64,000 nt of DNA from positions 69,502,001-69,566,000 of the forward strand of contig NC_043007.1 in NCBI RefSeq assembly GCF_006345805.1, given 5' to 3'. The notes under the pieces were generated by a model. The model had not been told where the DNA came from. It was given only the letters and a program-made list of their open reading frames with translations, and made no database searches. Position numbers and translations under genes: made by a program. Positions 53,285 through 64,000 of the stretch are shown here, piece after piece. This stretch comes from Octopus sinensis. Its lineage: Eukaryota. Position 1 is the stretch's first letter, and each line of letters begins with the position of its first letter.

Positions 53285-55050
53285 TGAAATTTTCCGAAAA
53301 AAAATAACTTTAGCTTTGAAGGACTCTCTCAAGAAGAGAGTATTCTCTACCAAAGTATGTAAAAAAAAACACCATATACGATATTAAAAGCTGTTAACGA
53401 AATTGGTGATGAGTATTTACAACAGTATGATGAACCCACATACTGGCAGATTAACACCTGTCTATATGTTCTGGCTTCTATTTTATAACAGTGCATGAAC
53501 GATATTCAAGAAGTAAACAAAACCGAAATAACAAAGTACCATCATGGGTTTTGAAGACAGAGAAAAAGATAACTGGTTTATGGAAGACCATCAGTCATGT
53601 AATGATGCTTATTGCATGCAAGCAAGCAAATCACTATACGTCCCACCAACAGAAAGTAAAGAAGAAGATAGAAATGATGTTTGGAATCAGCAAAAAGAGA
53701 ACACACACTTGCAAACTGATTACCTTCAAACAGGAGATAAAAACTGTCGGTGAAAAACTCCAGCATCAGAAGAGAATAACCGAGAGAAGAACCATACCAA
53801 CATTTGGGCTGCTTGATTTGACACTTCATGTGATCTGAACCATTAATGTGAAAACCCGAAAAATACTTACAAGCACTCGTAATTTCCACATAAACAGTGA
53901 CGTAGACTGCCTCTAACTAAAACGTAAACAAGACGACAGAGGCTTAACATCGATCCAAAATGCCTTTGAATGTCGCATCATAACCTTTCGGCAACATTTT
54001 TTAACCACCAAGCGTCGAAGTTCATCCCTTGACCAAGTTTGCATACATGAGGCTGATAACATCATAAGACTTGGAAGGCAGCTCCTTGAGCAACACTGTG
54101 TCTGATAACCTAGAATACATGCTCAAAGAAGTTGCACGACTCTACCGCAACATATCATCAGATGAAAGGATGAGCCTATATGAGCAGAAGACTATGCATG
54201 AATTTGTTAGTAGAAGGCTTCGAGATGATAGTAATATCGATCATCAAAGCAGTTTATCATGGACCAGTAGCCGGATTACTACCTCCCACTTTGAAGGGTA
54301 TGTGTTTGCAATCCAGGAATAGAAAATATCAACCAAATACCTGATGCACAAAAGGAATAGAGATGTAGGAAATGCAGTCAAATGTGACAACCGATGTAGA
54401 CTTTGTGGAGTTCACACTGAAGGTATCACCCACATCATAAGCATCAAGGTATGTCATCACGGTATTATCTACCGATGAGACATAACATTGTACCTAGGAC
54501 ACTCTATAATGAAATCCGTCGGAAGGATAATCCCGAGGACAAAGAAATAAGAACCCATAATATGGAAGAAGCCATAGCCGCTCATAATGAAAAGGAATAC
54601 TGGTGGAATGTACCAGTGAAGACATCAATAAAATGTAAACACAACAGACCTGATGTAATGATTTGAGATACAGAAAAGAAACTGTGCACAGTTGTGGAAA
54701 TCAGCTGCCCAGCGGATGTTAACATAAAGCTGAAGATCAATGAAAAGGAGAACACCTATGCCGAACTATTGAGAAATATACAGTTACTCTATTCAGATTA
54801 CAAGTTCACGTTTATACCTGTAATTATTGGGGTCCTGGGATATATCACACATTGCCTAAATACCAATCTTGAGAAATTAGGCTTCTCAAAACCAGAAAGG
54901 AGAAAGCTAATTCGAAAACTACAGATCCAATCCATCACTGGAACTGTAAAAATCTGTAAAACTTTCCAGAAGTTTATCATTTAAATATATGAGCATGTCT
55001 AGATATGTAACTATATGCGTGAGAATACATACATAAAACATACAAATCTG
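53285..55050 (+). mobile_element. R4/Dong-like RLE retrotransposon lacking the RT core, flanked by (TACA)n
   Basis: N-terminal domain, then HINSDVD...RGLTSIQNAFECRI, HFEGYVFAIQE, CRLCGVHTEGITH, HNRPDVMI..VEISCP and PVIIGVLG...ITGTVKICK. Confidence 0.85.
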
Positions 55051-55299
55051 GACATACATACATACATACATACATATACACACACATACATACATACATA
55101 CATACATACATGCAAGTATATATGCATACATGCATACATACATACATACATACATACATACATACATACATACATACATACATACATACACACACACATA
55201 CATACATGCAAGCATATATGCATACATGCATACATACATACATACATACATACATACATACATACATACATACATACATACATACATACATACATACAT

Positions 55300-56215
55300 A
55301 CAAACCAAATTGGTGCAGAAACCTTCGCCATAGCAGTAGGCAAACTGCAGAATGGGAAGGCACCTAGAAAGGACCTAATAGCTGGATATTTTATAGAAAC
55401 CAATTGATATGTATGTTCAAAAGGACTATGGAAGGTCATACTGATATACCACATTGGCTTGCTACAGCAAGGACAAATCTTGTTGCCAAAAATGAAATCA
55501 CCGACATGATAGGAAACTATAGGCCCATTGCTTTCCTAAACGTTATGTACAAACTATACACAAGTTACCTCAACCAATTCCTGATATAGGCATGGAATTT
55601 GGCCAAAAGAAATGTTCATATTTGGTTATAGAACGAGGAAATCAGTCCCCCAAACCCAAAACCTGTGCATCAATAGTCTCTCTATCTCCCCCATTCCACA
55701 CAAAGAATGCTACAAGTACCTAGGCATAGACGAAAATGTATCACATGAAGGCACTGTGAATAAAGATAGAGTGACTCGAGAATATTACACCAGATTTGGG
55801 GAAATAAGGCAGTCGGAACTCTCCTCTGACAACAAAACAATATCCCACAGTGCATTTGCAGTACAAGTGCTGATCCCAACAATTGGGATATTTGATTGGT
55901 CTGTAGAGGAAATCTACTCCATAGATACCAAAACCCGCAAAATCCTGACAGAAACTGGGAACTTCCACAGAAACAGTGATGTTGACAGGCTCTACTTAAG
56001 AATAAACGAAGGTGGTAGAGGCCTGAGATCAGTGCAGACGGCCTTCGAATACCGTATGGTATTACTCAGGCAGCACCTGCTAAACAATAGCAGCAAAAAT
56101 AAATATAGTAATACAGTCCTGAAAAGTGAAGTGAGCAACATTGTACGAGTTGGCAGTGAGCTCCTCAAGAAACACTCTCTACCTGATGAACTCCTATACT
56201 GTCCCAAAATAGCTG
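55300..56215 (+). mobile_element. R4/Dong-like RT fragments
   Basis: KLQNGKAP, NYRPIAFLNVMYKLYT, YKYLGIDE and SDVDRLYLRINEGGRGL. Confidence 0.85.
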
Positions 56216-56576
56216 GGCAAAATAGCCTAGTACTTATTCTATCGGTGTCTTTCGCCGAACCGCTAAGTTACGATGACATAAAGACACCAGTATCGGTTAC
56301 CAAGCGATATCAGTGGGACAAACACACACACATATATATATATAATATATATATAAAATTAATCAAGGGTAGAAATTGATATTTATCAATTAAAACCAGT
56401 GGTCTAGCATATTAAAAAAGAATCTGAAGATTAAAATATTTATATATACCAATTAAGGACTGAACACGAAAAGTGCTGAGTTTGATTTGAGAACATAATC
56501 TTTTGTGGAGAATGGCGATTTGACGTCTATATCTAGCATGTTGACTGTCCACTTTTCGTGTTCTGTCCTTAATTGG

Positions 56577-56607
<31 letters not shown>

Positions 56608-56874
56608 GACCGGGTTCTTTCAGTTTCCGTCTAGCAAATCCACTCACAAGGCTTCGGTCGGCCGGAGGATATAGTAGAAGACACTTGCCCAAGGTTCGAC
56701 GCAGTGGACCGAACCCGGAACCATGTGGTTGGTAAGCAAGCTACTTACCACACAGCCACTCCTACGCCTACATACATAGATAGATACATACATACATACA
56801 TACATACTACATACATACATACATACATACATACATACATACATACATACATACATACATACATACACACATGT

Positions 56875-58805
56875 ATGGATGTTAACACTGACAACATCAG
56901 ACGTGCAGGCGCAGAGTACCTTGTAAAATATATTCTTGATCCTTCTCTTCTACATCTACGCCGACTTCTCCAGCCTAAATCAATAACTGGTTTACGTCTC
57001 CCATTACAAATAAGAGAAACGCTTTTTGCGTAGCATTATTCAAACCGGATTTTTAAAATATATCACTTAGGATTTGGCTAAACACAATCTAGGTTGAAAT
57101 TAATATCGACACCACCGACAGAAACAAGGCTGTATCACCAGTAAGCTATCTGAGAAGACGCGCGTACGCCTCTTATTTTACTTGGACACTACATCTAAAC
57201 CAAGAACTACTTCGATGCTATGAACGCCCCCCCCCCCCCCCGAAGACCTTGCTTTCGGATATATGAAGCGGTTGAAAAAACTTGCTGGGATGAATCCCCC
57301 AAATTTAAAGACCTTTATTACGAAACAACTTTGGCAACAGATATCTTTCTTTAAAACAAAAATGGCTAGCTCTCGTGATGTATATCGATCTTCTCAAAAT
57401 ACTGAGAAACGGCCAACTCCTGCCAAAAGAGAGATAAAAAAATAATAATGTAAGCAAACCGCCGCCATCACCAAATTCTTGTGTCTCTCTAAATGTAACT
57501 GAATCAAGAGAGACAGCTGTGGAATATAGTCAACTTGAAAGTATCCTGAAACCACAGTTCACAGAACTTTTCTACATTCTTGAAACTATCGTTAAGCGAC
57601 ACGATTAAGAAAAAATCCAGCAGCTCTAATATTAAAGGTTATCGACGATGTTGCTGGAAAGCATGGAATCATATGATGTTGATTACTGGAATTTTAATAC
57701 CCTTCAAATAAACAGTTGTTATCACTCTTGAAGAACACTTGGGAGAAATCTGCAGTATACATGGTAATGAAATTTCAAAAAAAAAAGCAGCCTGGACAAT
57801 AAAACTTGAAGAGAATATCAACAGTCTACCCTCCATATTGGATGGTTAATCACGATGATAAAATGTAAGAGGAATAATGAGTTTACACCTCATCAATTAC
57901 ATCTTATAAACAAATCAACAGAACTCGATGGTGACTCTTCACAGCAAGTTCTTGAGAGAAGTTTAATTACTCTAAAACACGAACTGAGGCCGCTGTCACA
58001 GGCGAATTATGCTTCTAAAACAAGTTTGCTTCTAATACACAGACATTGTATGGAGAGATGAGAAAGGAAAGTATTACCGTTAGGAAAATCCCTTTTCAAG
58101 ATCTTGAATCATTCTGGTTGAAAATTTGGAATTGGCTAAATGCAGTAAAGAGAGAATGCTTTACCAACATCAACAGTAAAACATATGCAATTGACCCTGA
58201 AACTTTCCCCTTAGCTGTAGGCAAACTTCATAATGAGAAGGCACTGGAAAGGTCCTAATAGTTGGATACTGGTATAAGAGGATGATATTTTACAAGAAAC
58301 CATTAGTATGTCTATTCAGCAATACTATGGAAGGTTAGATTGATATACGAAATTGGCTTGCTATAGCACGGACAAAACTTATAGCCAAAAGTGAATCCAC
58401 GGTGTTGGCTGAAAACTATAGGCTCAGTGCTTGCCTAAACATAATGTACAAACTGTACACAAACTGCCTCAACCAACTCCTACGGGATCATTGTGAGTCC
58501 AACAACATAGTGACTGATGAGCATGCCGTTAGAAAGAAGGGAGTAAGGAGGTGTGCTGAACAAATTTTTATAAACAAAGCTGTTCCGTCTGAAACGAGCC
58601 TAACAACAGTATGACCTGATTATAAGAAGGTATTTGACTCTATTCCACACTCATGGCTCATGAAGTGTTTCCATTCGGCAAAAGTGCCTGCTACCTTAAC
58701 TGCTGCCATTGAGAGGCTCACAAAGACTTGAGCAACAATTCTTACACTTAAAACTGAAACCGGGGCGATCGTCTTTAATGTTATAAATATTTCAAAGGGA
58801 ATATT
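56875..58805 (+). mobile_element. R4/Dong-like element, 5' half (putative UTR, N-terminus, RT domains about 0-4)
   Basis: KLHNEKA, WLAIARTKLIAK, NYRLSACLNIMYKLYTNCL, DYKKVFDSIPHSWL and KGIF. The N-terminal part resembles 53380-53460. The 5' boundary is uncertain. Confidence 0.75.
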
Positions 58806-58925
58806 CCTAACCCTAATACTAACACTAGCCCTGAACACTAAACCTAACTCAAACTCTGACCGTATCCTAAGCCTTAACCCTAACCCTTAACTCTAACCTT
58901 AGCATTACACCCTAACACTTAACAC
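58806..58925. repeat. Degenerate (CCCTAA)n tract
   Basis: cctaaccctaatactaacactagccctg...ccttaaccctaacccttaac. Confidence 0.75.
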
Positions 58926-60339
58926 CTGTTAGAGTAAGGGAAACTGGGAGAGGTAGGGTTTAGAAATATGACTTAATTGGAGAGGGGTCAGTCTACGAAA
59001 AGTAGTGTTTACTTAGAGTGAGGATGAGACCCACAGACTTGGAGACGGTTGGAAAAAGTAGATCTAGGTTGTTATAACTGACATAACAAGGCATGAAATT
59101 ACGCCACAAAACATCGATTTATGTTGTTACATTTAAAAAAGATATTTTTAAAATGCCGATTCTATGATATAACTGGCGTCATTTTACTTCATTTAGCACG
59201 TCATTTTAGCACGAAAGCTAACAGTTTTAAATGAAAATTGAATGCGTCGTTAGTCAGACTGGAGTTACTTCCCGTAGCCACAAAGGGAGTAAAAATAATA
59301 AGAGTTGCTTCCCTTGAACCGCGAAGCGGGGTTTTTTTTTTATTATTACTATTACACTAAAAAATAACAAATACAACGCCTTGATTCTTTTAAAATAGGG
59401 AAACAAGACAATGCAACTGAATGACAAACAAGAGAGAGTCGCGTTGTCTCAAACAAAACATCTTACCCTTTTATAGACGACGGCGAACATCAAAGAAATT
59501 AATCCGATGTTGATATACTTGGTAACATTTTCCAATGAGGAGTGGCTGTTTAAGGCAACATTGACCAAGTGATGCAATACGTAGTAGTACTTTTTCGCCT
59601 TCATAACGGATTAGGGTTTACCAACGAATATCTATCTTAAGGTTAAATACCAAGACGTACATGAAATGAATATATAAAAACATAATGTACAACTATTGTT
59701 TATTCTATCAAACCAATGAACGCCTTTGCTGTGCCAGAGCTGAAGTTGAACCTGACCCTCTATTACATAGACATACATACGTGCATGCATTTATATTTAA
59801 AAAGACACAACTTGCGCAAGTGCCCTGCTATAGAGGAGATACATAGCTACCCAAACAATGGTTTTACATTAAAACGAGAAAAACACAGAAACACAAAGTG
59901 TATGAAATGATGGTGTGAGAATTCAACGTGAAAATTGAGTAGATTCATTACTTAAGCACTAAAGAAAAGCTGAATGACAGCGAACATAAAAGGAACTCAA
60001 ATGTTTCCTTTCTCGAGTGATTTTTTTCTATCGAACTAGCTGTTTACAGGAGAGTGGAGTTACCTTTCTTAGCTAGAAGGAAAGAAAGAGTTCCTTCCCT
60101 TGATGACGAAAACTTTCTTAATAGCAACAAATTAACATATCAACTAGTTTGGAAATCGTTCAAACAAAATTTGTGAAACAAAAGTGAGAATAAATATTAA
60201 AAGATATCAGAAGTATCGTCTCTTTACTCGACTAGCGGGATTCATATGTAACAGCTGTTTTCTGAGTTGCTGAAGCATGGAACAAACTGCCGGCATCGGT
60301 TGTTAGTTGTCGGAGCACTGCATCCTTCAAAACTTCCAT

Positions 60340-60526
60340 GCTTTCTGAGATTCGCCAACACTACACTTGATTTTCTCCCCTCCATACACACACAAGCATG
60401 TATCTGACTCATACACTGTTCACTTTCCAGACATTTCTACATTACTGCATGTACTTTATATGCACTTTCTGACAAGTTGTGGTGCACCTGAGCACTGTAT
60501 ACAATAATTTCATTATTATTATTATA
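60340..60526 (+). mobile_element. LINE-like 3' end with (ATT)n tail
   Basis: ...gtggtgcacctgagcactgtatacaataatttc followed by attattattatt. Confidence 0.5.
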
Positions 60527-61519
60527 AGTAACTACAACATCGTTACAAGTGTGTGTAACGAGAAATCTCGCTGTACCGTGGATGATGATTAACAAAATAA
60601 GAATTGAATGCTGCATTCCTTGGCTATATTTCTTATATAAGAAGGGTAGTTAAGACGAGATTGATTCATTGGACGTAGTGCATAGGAATATCTTCCAAAT
60701 CATGAAGAGAAGAAAACTTGCTAAGGAGGACGTGAGAAACAAACAAACACAAAAGGGACAAGGTGAATGACGAGTAGCAGATTTAATAAAATGAACAACA
60801 TAAGCCTCAATCGAACTAATCGTGTACGAAAGAAGGAACGTGAATGTGAAACAGAGAGGACAATGCATATAGAGTAAAGGGGGGGGGGAGGTAGAAGGTG
60901 TATGACTGCAAGAATTCTCCCCGCAGTCCTGAGGATACACTAAAGAAAACATTTACTGATACATTCTGCCCTTTTTATTGAACTTAAAATTCTGGTTTTT
61001 ATTCTGCCGAATTATTTTTAACGGATACCTATATTAGAGGTTTAATTGAATGACGGAGGTAAATACCATAAAATACATGAAATTAATATATAAAAATGTA
61101 TTGCAATATATACCCTTCGTATGTATTATGCAGTGCCATGGGGTGAATTTGAACATGAATTTCTACATGCATACTCATATATGTATGTGCATGTGGGTAT
61201 ATATACTTTCCTTGACGTATATATTTTCTACTTTCTTTGACGTATACATTTTGCTTTCAGTCTACACCAGTGCTCCGCTACCTTTTTTCACCTTCGGTAC
61301 ACTTATACTCTTTTCAAAATTCGGTGGTACACCTGAACTAAAGATATAACTAAGAGTATAAGGGAAAAATCACATTCAGGTTACACTCCGGCACACTTAG
61401 CATAGGCCAAAGGACACGATGAAAGACGTAACTTTTAGAAAAATGAGATAACGGAAAAGGAATAAGTTTTGGGAAAAGTGGGTTTACTGAAAGTGAGAAA
61501 GATATTCACACGTCTGGGA

Positions 61520-64000
61520 ACCATCCATTCATCATACCATTCATCCATCCGGATCATCAATCTGGTCTATCCGTCAGTGTATCCAGCCATTAATTGGTCC
61601 ATTCATTTATTTACTCCATCCATCCATCCGTCCATTCACCCATCCATTGCCGATCTCCATCAATCCATTCATCCAACCAATGCATTCATCTGTTCCCACC
61701 AATCCATTTATCATCCATCCATCTGATCACTTCACACATCTATCCATCGATCCGCTCCACCACTTCACCCTTCCATCCATCACTCTACACATTCCTTCCA
61801 ACTGCCCCTTGCATTCCATCCATCTAGTCTAACCTTTCATCCATTGTCTGGTTCATCCAGGTTATCCATTCATGTATCCCATCTGTCCATCCTTCCATCC
61901 CTCCATCCTTCCATTCCTCCATCCTTCCATGAATTCATCCATCTATTTATCCATTCATCCGTCCATCCATTCATCCATCCATCCGTTCATCTATCCATCT
62001 GTCTTTCACTCCTCTATCCTTCCATGAATTTAGCCATCCATCCGTCTATCCAACCATATATCCAGTCCATCCATCCGTCTTTCCATCTATTTGATTTATC
62101 CATCCATCAGTCTACTCATCCATCCTGTCCATCCATCCATCCATCCGGTTCATCCACCCATGCATTCATCCACCCATGCATTCATCCATCCAGTTCATCC
62201 ATCCCACCATTGAGCCATGTATCGGTGCATCCACCAACTAATATATTCGTGCAGCCATACCATCGATCGATACATCCATTACGCCGTCTATCTTTTCATT
62301 TAACCATTCATATATACATGCATCTTGAATCCATCTGTCTAACTATCCAACCATTCCATCCGTCCACCCATTGACACGTCCATGCATCCATCCAGCCATC
62401 CATACCACCATTATTCTCTGTGTTCAAGAAGGCAAGCATAAAATACATGCATCAAAAGGTGCATCCAAACAATGCATCCACACATCCATCCATGTATTCA
62501 AGCATCCTTGCTTCTGTGTACGCACCCCAGCATCAATACGGCGAACCATGCATTCATCCAGCCCGCCAGCCATTTATCCATACAGCCATCCCTGTGTGCA
62601 TCCATCCATGTGTCTAACCATCGATCTATGCTTGCTCATCAAACCATACATCAGACCATTCATACATCTCTATCAAACCATATATCAGACCAGTCATACA
62701 TCAATCCAATGACCGATCACTCCTTACATGCATTCATTAATCCATGCATCTATTCATCTATCCATCCCTCCAAGCAGTTATCCGTTATGCATGCACTCAC
62801 TCACCCATTCACCTATCTATTAATCCCTTGACACATCCATGCATCCCTCTATCTATCTTTGCATCCTTCCGAGCATCTATCTATCTTTGCATCCAATCAT
62901 CCCACCAACCACTTATGCATCCAAACTTCAGTTCTTGCATCCATGCAGCTATCCATCAACCAATCCATCCATGTCTCCATTCATGCAACCATGCATTTAT
63001 CAATAAAAACATGCATGCACCTTTCCATACGTCCATCCATGCACGCATCCATCTGTGCATTCAAGTATGTTTTCACCCCAGCATCCAAACAGCAAACCAT
63101 GCGTTCATCCATCCACCCAACCATTGAACTAAACATCAATCTATCCATTCCTTAATACCTTCATCTATCCATATGCCCATCCTACCATTGAACCATCCAT
63201 GAATCCATCCATTTATGAATTCATTCATACAACCATGCTTTTTATCCCTCCAACCATGCTTTCATCAATACATACTAACTGCTATCCATCAAACGAAGGA
63301 TATATCCACCCATGCATTCATACATCCCTCAGTCCAAAAATACATCTACCCTTCCATCCATGTATCCTTATAGTCATCTGTGCATCCATCCATCTCTGAA
63401 ATCATCCATGCATTCAGCAATTCATCCTCCCTTCTATTCATGCATACAAGAAAATACCCATCAATTCATCCGTCCACGCTTCCACAAATTTATGAATGCA
63501 TCCATCAATCAATCCCAATCATCTAACCATGCATCTATCTATATGTCGATCCCTCCAACCATTCATTTGACCATCTGTGTAAGCCTGGATCCATCCATTC
63601 AAACATTTAATTGGCCATCAATTCACCCACCAAACAATATATCTATGCAATCAATTCCGCCAAGGTCGACTTTGCCTTTCATCCTTTCGGGGTTGATAAA
63701 TTAAGTACTAGTTGCATACTGGGGTCGATCTAATCGACTGGCCCCCTCCCCCAAAATTTCAGAGTAGAAAAGAATACATCTATGCAACCATCTAACAATC
63801 CACACATCCATGTATCCATTCAACCATGCATCCATCTTACCATCCATTCCTCCATCTAACTATGCGTACATTCGTTCGTACGCCCTTCTATCCATCCATC
63901 AATCCGTTCATCCATAAATCTATCCGTGCACTCATCCATGCAACCATCTATCCATGAATGCATCCAGACTCATCCTTTCGTTCATACATACATCTAAATC
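61520..64000. repeat. Long degenerate (CCAT/ATCC)n low-complexity region with a SINE A fragment at about 63655-63775
   Basis: Directly visible; source of HPSI-rich pseudo-ORFs. Confidence 0.9.

Overview
AT-rich, microsatellite-saturated eukaryotic DNA. The SINE families and repeat style fit a cephalopod, most likely Octopus (inference). I found no credible host protein-coding gene: nearly all listed ORFs are microsatellite translations or transposon remnants. Transposon content: a near-intact IR/DR Tc1 (DD34E, 17092-18721); decayed mariner, rosa-like and maT-like DNA transposons; RTE, CR1/L2, Tx1/L1 and several R4/Dong-like (RLE) non-LTR retrotransposon remnants; a non-autonomous Helitron; and dozens of tRNA-derived SINEs. 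The most notable signal is not in the ORF track. Between about 27.5 and 51 kb there are several sequence-unrelated type I hammerhead ribozyme (HHR) motifs inside non-coding foldback or tandem modules resembling Penelope pLTRs or retrozymes. These include a 596-nt HHR-to-HHR unit, two perfect 158-bp palindromes carrying four HHRs, an invertible HHR cassette, and a tandem family with a non-canonical core. A second signal is a cluster of R4/Dong-like elements abutting (TACA)n microsatellites. All structures were read by eye; coordinates of decayed elements are approximate.
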